From: Prolixibacteraceae bacterium
GTDB taxonomy: Bacteria; Bacteroidota; Bacteroidia; Bacteroidales; Prolixibacteraceae
DNA: 45,548 nucleotides
Reading direction: 5' to 3'
NCBI GenBank assembly: GCA_036170635.1
Contig: JAVHPO010000212.1
Location: forward strand, 1 to 45,548
The first letter of the stretch is position 1, and each line of letters starts with the position of its first letter. Both the position numbers and the translations under genes were made by a program. Of this stretch, positions 26,865-35,174 are shown piece after piece. The notes under the pieces were generated by a model. The model had not been told where the DNA came from. It saw only the letters and a list, made by a program, of their open reading frames with translations, and searched no databases.

Positions 26865-27887
26865 ATGAATAAGACATTATTGATGGGAACAGCAAAATCA
26901 TTGGTTTCAAATGACAAAGGCATATTGGCAATGGACGAAAGTTTCCCAACCTGCAACAAACGATTTGCCAAATTGGGAATTCCCCAGACTGAGGAGTTCA
27001 GGCGTGCCTATCGGGAGTTAATTGTTACTACTCACGGTCTTGGTAAGTTTATTAGTGGTGCTATCCTCTTTGACGAGACCATCCGTCAGAAAATAAAAGA
27101 TGGAACACCTATGATCAAGGTGATCGCCGATGCCGGAATAATTCCCGGTATCAAGGTTGACACCGGAGCAAAAGAGATGGCTGGTCACCCCGGAGAGAAA
27201 ATATCCGAAGGGCTGGATGGACTTCGCGACCGTCTTATTGAATATCATCAAATGGGTGCGCGTTTTGCCAAGTGGCGCGCAGTTATTGTTATTGGCGATG
27301 GAATTCCTACACATGGTTGCATAGAAGCTAATGCGCAATCGTTGGCACGCTATGCCGCATTGTGCCAGGAGATTGGACTGGTTCCCATTGTAGAGCCGGA
27401 AGTACTGATGGATGGAGAACATACTATGGAGCGTTGCTTTGAAGTAACGGAAGAAGTCTTACGGACAGTTTTCAATCAACTTTACCTGCAACGGGTGTTG
27501 TTGGAAGGCATGATATTAAAATGCAACATGGTTTTACCCGGATTAGCCTGCCCTAAACAAGAATCGGCGGATGATATAGCGGATGCCACTATGAAGTGCC
27601 TTTTGCGCGCTGTTCCTGCTGCTGTTCCGGGGATTGCATTTTTATCGGGTGGTCAATCTGCTGAATTGGCTTCCGCCCGGTTAAATGCGGTGAATGTCAG
27701 ATTTAAATCAAAATTACCCTGGGAATTATCATTCTCTTTTGGCCGCGCCATCCAACAACCGGCATTGGAAATTTGGCATGGTGAGGAAGCCAACGTGTCC
27801 AAGGCACAGCAAGCCCTTTATCAAAGATCCAGATGCAACTTCGCTGCCCGCAAGGGTGAATACAATCCCACACTGGAAACCAAATGA
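26865..27887 (+). CDS. fba: Class I (Schiff-base, eukaryote-type) fructose-bisphosphate aldolase
   Basis: ILAMDES...CNKRF near the N-terminus and the Schiff-base lysine block LLEGMILKCNMV. 340 aa. Confidence 0.85.
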   Translation: MNKTLLMGTAKSLVSNDKGILAMDESFPTCNKRFAKLGIPQTEEFRRAYRELIVTTHGLGKFISGAILFDETIRQKIKDGTPMIKVIADAGIIPGIKVDTGAKEMAGHPGEKISEGLDGLRDRLIEYHQMGARFAKWRAVIVIGDGIPTHGCIEANAQSLARYAALCQEIGLVPIVEPEVLMDGEHTMERCFEVTEEVLRTVFNQLYLQRVLLEGMILKCNMVLPGLACPKQESADDIADATMKCLLRAVPAAVPGIAFLSGGQSAELASARLNAVNVRFKSKLPWELSFSFGRAIQQPALEIWHGEEANVSKAQQALYQRSRCNFAARKGEYNPTLETK

Positions 27888-27984
27888 ACATGTCAACCAT
27901 GACAAAAATGGAGTCACATACTTTTGTATGCTAAGTTCTTCGATACAACCTGTCAGTATCGATCTTCCTCAAACTCCGAGAATG

Positions 27985-28051
27985 GGTGTGAATAATGTAA
28001 CTCTTTTCTAAAGTTATGTAACAATTGTCTGATTTCAGTGGACTAAATTAG
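27985..28051 (+). promoter_or_regulatory. Composite stress-type promoter, copy 10
   Basis: box1 GGTGTGAATAATGTAAC (27985-28001), box2 TATGTAAC (28015-28022), -7-like TAAATTAG (28044-28051). ATG at 28075 is 24 nt after the octamer. Confidence 0.6.
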
Positions 28052-28074
28052 TTGCATTAAACTCATATCTTAAA

Positions 28075-28287
28075 ATGAAAAATAAAGCCAATTCACTGGA
28101 TCTAACTATAAGAGATTCTGGTAGTTATAATAATTTTATAGCGCCAGACTATCCGGATTATCCTGATTGTGATGATATCTACAATACTCATCTTGACAGA
28201 ACAGAAATTGATTCAATAAATATATTTCGAACCAAAGCGTCTCCACAAATATCAAAAAAGCATGAAGGTATTCAGAAATCTAACTAA
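28075..28287 (+). CDS. Hypothetical acidic small protein (70 aa)
   Basis: First ATG behind promoter copy 10. Asp/Tyr/Pro-rich (APDYPDYPDCDDIY), no hydrophobic segment. Overlaps the next ORF by 26 nt. Confidence 0.4.
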   Translation: MKNKANSLDLTIRDSGSYNNFIAPDYPDYPDCDDIYNTHLDRTEIDSINIFRTKASPQISKKHEGIQKSN

Positions 28288-28693
28288 TCAGCAAAAGCAA
28301 GCGCTCCTTAAATTTCCCGCATATATTTCCTTGCTTGCGTCGACAGGTAGCAAAATGGATGAAGCAGAAAGACTGGAGGCAATCAAATTTGCCCATATCA
28401 AAGCATTTTCCTGCCAACCCCTTTTGGCTGAATTTTGCAGGGAATCGGAAATCGTTTTTGCAGAAAATCTGACACAACTAGAAGCTGTATTGCCGAAAAA
28501 TAAAAATGAGAGGGATGTAGCAATCAGAATAGAATTATTGAAACTTGAAATGATATTATTGCAGTTAGGAAAGGAGTATGGTTCAATCATGCACCAGAGC
28601 ATGAAAACCTTTAAAGAGCATGTGTTAAAAGCCCACCACAGTGTCATAGAGGATTTTCTATTTCCGATTTCCATCCCCGGATTATCGGATTGA
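28262..28693 (+). CDS. Hypothetical helical protein (143 aa)
   Basis: Complete ORF that looks predominantly helical. No family recognised. Confidence 0.45.
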   Translation: MKVFRNLTNQQKQALLKFPAYISLLASTGSKMDEAERLEAIKFAHIKAFSCQPLLAEFCRESEIVFAENLTQLEAVLPKNKNERDVAIRIELLKLEMILLQLGKEYGSIMHQSMKTFKEHVLKAHHSVIEDFLFPISIPGLSD

Positions 28694-28805
28694 TTCTATT
28701 ACATACGATAATGATAAAAACCTTGTCGTGCGCAGCCTGCTTCAAGGTCACAGGAAAACCTTCCAATTAACAGGATCACAAATTGATTTTCAGTTTCAGT
28801 AGAAA

Positions 28806-28872
28806 TGTGTGAATGATGTAAATATTTTCAAAGGTTGTGTAACACTTTTATGTTCAAAGTAATACAACTTTG
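28806..28872 (+). promoter_or_regulatory. Composite stress-type promoter, copy 11
   Basis: box1 TGTGTGAATGATGTAAA (28806-28822), box2 TGTGTAAC (28836-28843), -7-like CAACTTTG (28865-28872). ATG at 28916 is 44 nt after the octamer. Confidence 0.6.
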
Positions 28873-28915
28873 TATTAGGATCAGGCAATTCAACTCATTC
28901 TGATAATATTTATTC

Positions 28916-29746
28916 ATGATGTCAATCACATACTATTTATTGCAATTACCATCTTTTGTACTTTTCATTCTGATCATTTCGATTGGGGCAATTGGAGCTG
29001 GGCTAGGCGCTTTCCTTTTTCGTAAATACGCGAATTTGAAGATTCTCCGGTCACACAATGAAGTAACCGGGTTCCTTTTTTTGGCTTTGACTAGTTTTTA
29101 TGCATTTCTGCTAAGCTTTATTGTATTTATGGTTTGGGGCCAGCTGAATGAAACGAGGGGCAATGTGAGCAAGGAAGGTAGCTCTGCCATGGGTCTGTAC
29201 CGCGACATCAAATTTTATCCGGATACCGTTGAATCTAAACAACTCATGATTGTTTACCTCGATTTCATATACAACGTAATTGATGAAGAATTCCCCAACA
29301 TGGAACAAATGAAGCTCAGCCGAAAAACTCCGGAATCATTTGATCGTGTCTTTTATAAAATGGAGCATCTCAATCCCAAAAATCAGTTTCAGGTTCAGCT
29401 GGTAGCAGAAATGTTTAACCATTTGAATCAACTGGCAACCTATAGGGGTCTTCGTGAATCCTCCCTTGAAAAGGAAATCCCTTCCGCATTATGGTGGCCA
29501 ATGTTACTGGGAGCACTCATTACCCTCTTTTGTGCCATGTTGCTTGATATTGAGAATGCAAGGCTGCATATAACCTTAAACGCAATGCTGGGGGTTTTCA
29601 TTGGGATGCTATTCTTTATTATTCTTCTGCTTGATCATCCCTATTCCGGCAGCCTAAGTATTAAGCCTCAATCGTATAAGCAAATATTTACCCTGGAAAA
29701 GTGGGACAATGATACCCATGTAAAAAAAATCGATCCCATTAATTGA
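28916..29746 (+). CDS. DUF4239-like membrane protein
   Basis: 276 aa with two N-terminal and two C-terminal TM helices flanking a soluble helical core (…LNETRGNVSKEGSSAMGLYRD…), as I recall for DUF4239. Confidence 0.5.
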   Translation: MMSITYYLLQLPSFVLFILIISIGAIGAGLGAFLFRKYANLKILRSHNEVTGFLFLALTSFYAFLLSFIVFMVWGQLNETRGNVSKEGSSAMGLYRDIKFYPDTVESKQLMIVYLDFIYNVIDEEFPNMEQMKLSRKTPESFDRVFYKMEHLNPKNQFQVQLVAEMFNHLNQLATYRGLRESSLEKEIPSALWWPMLLGALITLFCAMLLDIENARLHITLNAMLGVFIGMLFFIILLLDHPYSGSLSIKPQSYKQIFTLEKWDNDTHVKKIDPIN

Positions 29747-29772
29747 AGAAGGAACATTTAAAATTGAAGCAA

Positions 29773-30258
29773 ATGACATTGAATCAAAATATTATCTCTA
29801 CGATTATAACAGGCGGCTTATTCATTATCCTGATAACTTCCTGTGGATCACGCGTACAAAAACCTGATGATGCATTTGATCTTGTGAAAAAAGAAAGAAT
29901 GATGTCAGTTGACAGTAGTTTTGTCAGCAAAGAAGTAATTCAGGCATCAATGAAAACCGAGCCAGTGAAGAAGATTGAAACTCCGGATGAGTGGACTATT
30001 TTCAGGCTTGAGACGGAAAAGAAAATTCGGCTGAATGAAAATCAAATCAAAAAAATTAAAGAATTGCCTGATGTCAATGCAAATTCACGAAGAAAACTGT
30101 CAAAGTTAGAGAAAGACAACAACAACCTGAAAAGCATGTTAGATGAATACAATGATGAAGTAAAGGCGAAGTGGGAAATGTTTAAAGTCTCGATAAACCA
30201 TAGCGCAAATGAAATTGGTATTGAGCTAAATGCCCTGAAGACAGATATTAAGAAATAG
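29773..30258 (+). CDS. Coiled-coil lipoprotein (hypothetical)
   Basis: ATG 29773 preferred over the ORF-track TTG 29743. Lipobox GGLFIILITSC. The remainder is Lys/Glu-rich and helical. Confidence 0.5.
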   Translation: MTLNQNIISTIITGGLFIILITSCGSRVQKPDDAFDLVKKERMMSVDSSFVSKEVIQASMKTEPVKKIETPDEWTIFRLETEKKIRLNENQIKKIKELPDVNANSRRKLSKLEKDNNNLKSMLDEYNDEVKAKWEMFKVSINHSANEIGIELNALKTDIKK

Positions 30259-30341
30259 ATATTTGAACTGTTCCATCAAAATTGTCAGATGTGTGTAACA
30301 TGTAACCTTTTCCCAAAATACATGTAAAATCATCTTGAAAA

Positions 30342-30408
30342 TGTGTGAATAATGCAACTCTTTTTATAAATTCTGTAAAAATTCATTTGTTACAGTCCCC
30401 TACCTTAG
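30342..30408 (+). promoter_or_regulatory. Composite stress-type promoter, copy 12
   Basis: box1 TGTGTGAATAATGCAAC (30342-30358), box2 TCTGTAAA (30372-30379), -7-like TACCTTAG (30401-30408). The bfr ATG at 30442 is 34 nt after the octamer. An extra box pair lies just upstream (30290-30328). Confidence 0.6.
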
Positions 30409-30441
30409 TTCCTTCAATATTTACAAATAAAACTCAATATC

Positions 30442-30921
30442 ATGAAAGGGAACAAAGATTTACTTATCGTCCTGAATTCACTCCTGGCAGACGAACTTAC
30501 GGCGATAAACCAGTATATGGTCCATTCTGAAATGTGTGAAAGCTGGGGTTACGGAAAGCTTCATATAGCTATCCGAAAACAAGCTATGGATGAAATGTAT
30601 CATGCAGAATGGCTAATTGAACGAATTATATTTTTTGATGGTACACCAACAGTTTCCACACTGAATGCCATGAAGATTGGTAAAACTGTTAAAGAAATGA
30701 TTAGCAATGACAATGGTGATGAACTCAACGCTGTACATGCCTATAACAAGGCAATCAAACTCGCCCAGGAAGTCGGTGATCAGGGAACCGTTGACCTTTT
30801 GACAAAGATCCTGAAAATGGAAGAAGGTCATGTAGATTGGGCAGAAATGCAGAGGGCTCAGATAGAACAGATGGGATTGGAAAATTATCTGGCTGGTCAG
30901 AATGCGACTCCTGCAAGCTGA
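30442..30921 (+). CDS. bfr: Bacterioferritin
   Basis: By my count all ferroxidase ligands are in E. coli Bfr positions (E18, E51, H54, E94, E127, H130), as is the haem-ligand Met52 (AMDEMYHAE). Confidence 0.9.
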   Translation: MKGNKDLLIVLNSLLADELTAINQYMVHSEMCESWGYGKLHIAIRKQAMDEMYHAEWLIERIIFFDGTPTVSTLNAMKIGKTVKEMISNDNGDELNAVHAYNKAIKLAQEVGDQGTVDLLTKILKMEEGHVDWAEMQRAQIEQMGLENYLAGQNATPAS

Positions 30922-30941
30922 TTCTATGCCATATAATTAGA

Positions 30942-30975
30942 ATAATTTCAGGGTCTCAGACCCTGAAATTATTTA
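30942..30975 (+). terminator. Rho-independent terminator
   Basis: ATAATTTCAGGGTCT/AGACCCTGAAATTAT near-perfect hairpin followed by TTT, 21 nt after the bfr stop. Confidence 0.7.
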
Positions 30976-31019
30976 CACCAGATTTGAAGAAAATTACTAC
31001 TTACCAATAATGAAAAACG

Positions 31020-32084
31020 ATGCCATCTTTAGCAGCAATTGCGAAAATTGATTTCCCATATAAAGTTAGTCAACAGAAAGTAAAAGAAGGTGCACAAGCT
31101 TTATTTGCGTCTTCATTCCCGCAAGTTGAAAGAATGATGAGTGCTTTCGACAACACAGAAATAAAAACAAGAAATCTCTGCAAACCGCTTGATTATTATA
31201 CAACCTTGCATTCTTTTCAAGACCAGAATGCGGAATATATCCGCGTTTCTCTTGATTATTCAGTCAAAGCGATTGAGAAGTGTATCTCATCAGCTCAAAT
31301 TGATAAAGATGAAATTACGGATATTATTTTCATCTCAACAACCGGACTGTCAACACCAAGTTTAGATGCACTTATTATTAACAAAATGAGACTGAACCAG
31401 AATATCGGTCGAATGGCCATTTTTGGTTTGGGATGCGGAGGCGGTGTTGCCGGATATTCAAAAGCCAACATTCTGGCAAAAGCAAATCCTGATGCCGTGG
31501 TGTTACTAGTGGCTGTTGAATTGTGTTCGCTGACTTTTCTGCGAAATGATTTCAGTAAAAGTAATTTTATAGGTTCAAGTCTGTTTGCAGATGGTGTGGC
31601 AGCCTGCCTTATTACTGGTGATAATCGTGCAAACAAAACAAAAAACACCATTGCTTTTCTGGACACACAAAGCAAATTGTATTACGATACTTTGGACGTT
31701 ATGGGATGGGAATTTCTGGATAGTGGATTTAAAGTGCTGTTTTCCTCTGATATTCCTACGATTATAGCCAATAATATCAATACCGATGTTACTTCATTTC
31801 TCGAAAAACATCATTTGAAAATTTCAGATATAAAGAATTTTATTTTCCATCCAGGCGGAAAAAAAGTGCTGACAGCTTATGAAGAGGCATTAAAGGCAGA
31901 CGGCGATTTCCTTAAGAATACGAGGGAAGTGATGAACGAAAATGGCAATATGTCGAGTACAACTGTCTTGTATGTTTTGGAAAGATTCTTTTCCGCAGGT
32001 TTCAGAAATGGCTACGGACTTATGGTTTCAATGGGTCCGGGCTTCTCAAGTGAAATGGTTTTACTACAGATGCAAAGCAAATAA
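31020..32084 (+). CDS. Type III polyketide synthase (chalcone/stilbene synthase family, BpsA-like)
   Basis: Cys-His-Asn triad contexts are present: FGLGCGGGVAG (Cys), FIFHPGGKKVL (His), ENGNMSSTTVLYVL (Asn). 354 aa. Confidence 0.85.
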   Translation: MPSLAAIAKIDFPYKVSQQKVKEGAQALFASSFPQVERMMSAFDNTEIKTRNLCKPLDYYTTLHSFQDQNAEYIRVSLDYSVKAIEKCISSAQIDKDEITDIIFISTTGLSTPSLDALIINKMRLNQNIGRMAIFGLGCGGGVAGYSKANILAKANPDAVVLLVAVELCSLTFLRNDFSKSNFIGSSLFADGVAACLITGDNRANKTKNTIAFLDTQSKLYYDTLDVMGWEFLDSGFKVLFSSDIPTIIANNINTDVTSFLEKHHLKISDIKNFIFHPGGKKVLTAYEEALKADGDFLKNTREVMNENGNMSSTTVLYVLERFFSAGFRNGYGLMVSMGPGFSSEMVLLQMQSK

Positions 32085-32576
32085 ATGATTTTCATTCTAT
32101 TCATATCATTTCTTGTTTTTCTTCGAATTGAAGAATTGATGTTGTCTAAACGGAATGAGAAATGGTTGTTGGAAAATGATGCAGTTGAATACGGGAGTAA
32201 ACATTATCCATTCATTGTAGCGCTTCATGTTTTATTTTTTCTTTCACTGATTTTAGAATACACCGCACAGCAGGACCATTCTTTCAGTTTACTCCTGATC
32301 ATTTTCTACTTTTTACTCCTTACATTTAAAATCTGGATCATTGTATCATTGGGAAAATTTTGGAACACCCGTATTTACCATATCCCAAATATGCCCTTGA
32401 TAAAAAGAGGGCCATACAAGTATTTTAAACATCCAAATTATGCAGTTGTAATAGCTGAGATTGCTGTTATCCCGATGATATTTCATTTGTATATCACTGC
32501 CACTGTATTTACGATGCTTAATCTGATAATGTTGATTGTCAGAATTAAAGAAGAGAATAAGGTATTGCAGACCTAG
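32085..32576 (+). CDS. Isoprenylcysteine carboxyl methyltransferase (ICMT)-family membrane methyltransferase (BpsB-like)
   Basis: Starts on the base after the PKS stop. 163 aa, multi-pass, with GPYKYFKHPNYAVVIAEI matching the ICMT/PEMT-type motif. Confidence 0.75.
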   Translation: MIFILFISFLVFLRIEELMLSKRNEKWLLENDAVEYGSKHYPFIVALHVLFFLSLILEYTAQQDHSFSLLLIIFYFLLLTFKIWIIVSLGKFWNTRIYHIPNMPLIKRGPYKYFKHPNYAVVIAEIAVIPMIFHLYITATVFTMLNLIMLIVRIKEENKVLQT

Positions 32577-32609
32577 AACAGGGAACACTCATTATCAATA
32601 CAATATAAA

Positions 32610-35162
32610 TTGAAACCAAACCTTACATCAGAAAAATACAAAGGCTTATCCGCCAGCAAGGCAAAGGAAAAGCTACGAACGGAAGGGTATAACAGTCTCC
32701 CGTCCTCAAAACCTAAAAACTTTTTATCTATTGCGCTGGGAGTCGTCAAAGAACCCATGTTTATACTTTTGGTTGCTTGTGGTTCTTTGTATCTGGTTTT
32801 GGGGGATTTACAGGAAGGTTTAATGTTGTTGGGCTTTGTCTTCGTCATCATGGGGATCGAATTCTTTCAGCAGAAAAAGACCGAGAAAGCTCTCGATGCC
32901 TTAAAAGAGATGGCAAGTCCGAGGGCTTTGGTCATTCGGGATGGCGCTGAGATACGCATCGCAGGTTTTGAAGTTGTTACCGACGACCTAATAGTCTTGC
33001 AGGAAGGTGACAGGGTTCCGGCAGATGCAACTGTATTGCAATCGGTTAGCTTATTGGTTGATGAATCCTTACTTACGGGAGAATCAGTCTCTGTCAGGAA
33101 AACCGATTGGGATGAAACTGAAAAGATAACACAACCCGGAGGCGACGATTTACCTTTCATTTTTGCAGGCTCCATGATTGTTCAGGGAAACGGCATTGCC
33201 CAGGTGACCAGGATAGGTATCCAAACTGAAATAGGGAAAATTGGCAAAGAACTCGAAAACATCAAAGACCAACCAACCCTGCTTAAAAAGGAGATGGGTT
33301 CATTGGTGAAAAAGCTGACCATCATTGCCGCTTTACTGTGTATTTTGGTGATCGTCGCTTTTACATTTAGCCGTGGAAGTCTGATTAATGGATTTCTGGC
33401 AGGAATAACGCTGGCCATGGCAGTGTTACCCGAAGAATTTCCTGTTATTCTCACCGTGTTTATGGCTCTAGGTGCTTGGCGAATGTCAAAAAAGAAAGTG
33501 TTGACACGAGATCCATTGGCTATTGAAACCCTCGGTTCAGCAACCGTGCTTTGTACCGACAAAACCGGTACGCTTACTGAAAATAAAATGACTGTGACCA
33601 GGCTTTACAATGGCAAAGATTTTCATACTGTCGAAAAATCCAACGAATTAAATTCAGAATTTCATGAAATCATGGAATATGGCATTCTTTCCAGTCAAAC
33701 CAATCCCTTTGATCCAATGGAAAAAGCCATCTCTGGCATGGGCAAATTGTATCTGAAAGGGACCGAACATATTCATCAAAACTGGGAAATGATCAAGGAA
33801 TATCCGCTTTCCAAAGAATTACTGGCCATGTCTCGGGTTTTTTCGTCAAAAGAAACAAGGGAAAAAATTATTGCCACAAAAGGAGCTCCTGAAGCCATTT
33901 TTGAACTTTGCCATTTGGATGCAAAAGAAATCAAACGGCTCTCACATGCGGTTGAAGAATTAGCTTCCGATGGTTTAAGGGTGTTAGGTGTAGCGAAAGC
34001 CAAAATTGTAGCACAAGGCTTACCAGAAATTCAACACGATTTTATATTTGAATTTATTGGATTGATTGGACTTTCAGATCCCATTCGTGCAAATGTTAAA
34101 CTAGCTGTAAGTGAATGTTATAAAGGCGGTATCCGGGTCATTATGATTACTGGGGATTATCCGGTAACGGCCAAACATATTGCTTTGGAAATTGGTCTTG
34201 AAAATCCTGAAATGTGCATGACCGGACAGGAATTACATGCAATATCGGATGCCCAATTGTGCAAAATGATAAAGCAAATCAACGTTTTTGCAAGGGTTGT
34301 TCCGGAGCAAAAACTTAAAATCGTAAATGCATTAAAGAAAAACGGGGAAATTGTGGCTATGACAGGTGATGGAGTGAATGATGCTCCAGCGCTAAAATCT
34401 GCTGATATTGGCATCGCCATGGGGGAAAAAGGCACCGATGTCGCCCGTGAAGCTTCTTCGTTGGTTCTCATGGATGATAATTTTTCTTCCATTGTTGGCG
34501 CCATCCGAATGGGCAGACGCATATTCGATAACCTCCAAAAATCTTTTGGATACATCTTTGCTATCCATGTACCTATTGCCGGATTATCTTTATTGCCTAT
34601 ACTACTGGGTAATTTCCCCATTATCTTATGGCCTGTGCACATCGTTTTTCTCGAATTAATCATTGATCCGGCCTGCTCTATAATTTTTGAAGCCGAAAAG
34701 GAAGAGAAAAATGTAATGAACCGACCACCAAAACAAATTAATGAACCTTTTTTTGGAAATAGGAAAATCCTGTTTAGCTGTTTGCAGGGGGTAGGTATCC
34801 TAATCATCACCCTTGCCGTCTATTTTACAGGTCTTCACCTTGGATATGTAGCTGAGGAAGTAAGGGCAATGACTTTTACCACCTTAATCATTTCGAATAT
34901 TTCGGTTATATTAACCAACCGCTCATGGTCCGACAATATATTTAAGATTATAGCCACACCCAATAAAGCAGTGTTATGGGTTTCAGGCGGGGCAATATTC
35001 TTTCTGATATTGGTTTTAAACATCCCATTTTTTCTAAGTTTATTCCAGTTTCAAAAGCTTACATTAATTAATATACTCATCTGTAGTCTGGCAGGGTTAA
35101 CAAGCATCATTTGGTTCGAAATATATAAGCTGTTTAAACTGAAAAAAGATGAATTACTGTAA
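32610..35162 (+). CDS. Cation-translocating P-type ATPase (P2-like)
   Basis: TGES (LLTGESVSV), phosphorylation site CTDKTGTLT, hinge TGDGVNDAPALK. The M4 motif is PEEFP instead of PEGLP. N-terminal Cation_ATPase_N-like LSASKAKEKLRTEGYN. TTG start. Confidence 0.85.
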   Translation: MKPNLTSEKYKGLSASKAKEKLRTEGYNSLPSSKPKNFLSIALGVVKEPMFILLVACGSLYLVLGDLQEGLMLLGFVFVIMGIEFFQQKKTEKALDALKEMASPRALVIRDGAEIRIAGFEVVTDDLIVLQEGDRVPADATVLQSVSLLVDESLLTGESVSVRKTDWDETEKITQPGGDDLPFIFAGSMIVQGNGIAQVTRIGIQTEIGKIGKELENIKDQPTLLKKEMGSLVKKLTIIAALLCILVIVAFTFSRGSLINGFLAGITLAMAVLPEEFPVILTVFMALGAWRMSKKKVLTRDPLAIETLGSATVLCTDKTGTLTENKMTVTRLYNGKDFHTVEKSNELNSEFHEIMEYGILSSQTNPFDPMEKAISGMGKLYLKGTEHIHQNWEMIKEYPLSKELLAMSRVFSSKETREKIIATKGAPEAIFELCHLDAKEIKRLSHAVEELASDGLRVLGVAKAKIVAQGLPEIQHDFIFEFIGLIGLSDPIRANVKLAVSECYKGGIRVIMITGDYPVTAKHIALEIGLENPEMCMTGQELHAISDAQLCKMIKQINVFARVVPEQKLKIVNALKKNGEIVAMTGDGVNDAPALKSADIGIAMGEKGTDVAREASSLVLMDDNFSSIVGAIRMGRRIFDNLQKSFGYIFAIHVPIAGLSLLPILLGNFPIILWPVHIVFLELIIDPACSIIFEAEKEEKNVMNRPPKQINEPFFGNRKILFSCLQGVGILIITLAVYFTGLHLGYVAEEVRAMTFTTLIISNISVILTNRSWSDNIFKIIATPNKAVLWVSGGAIFFLILVLNIPFFLSLFQFQKLTLINILICSLAGLTSIIWFEIYKLFKLKKDELL

Positions 35163-35174
35163 ATGGCTTAATGA

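Noticed and set aside
30345-30530. 61-aa plus-strand ORF overlapping promoter copy 12 and the bfr start
   Set aside because: It starts inside box1 of the promoter and runs out of frame into bfr. It is incompatible with the promoter and with the well-supported bfr start.
34157-34810. 217-aa minus-strand ORF inside the P-type ATPase gene
   Set aside because: It is antisense to the region encoding TGDGVNDAPALK and the C-terminal helices of a clearly intact ATPase. It has no recognisable motifs.
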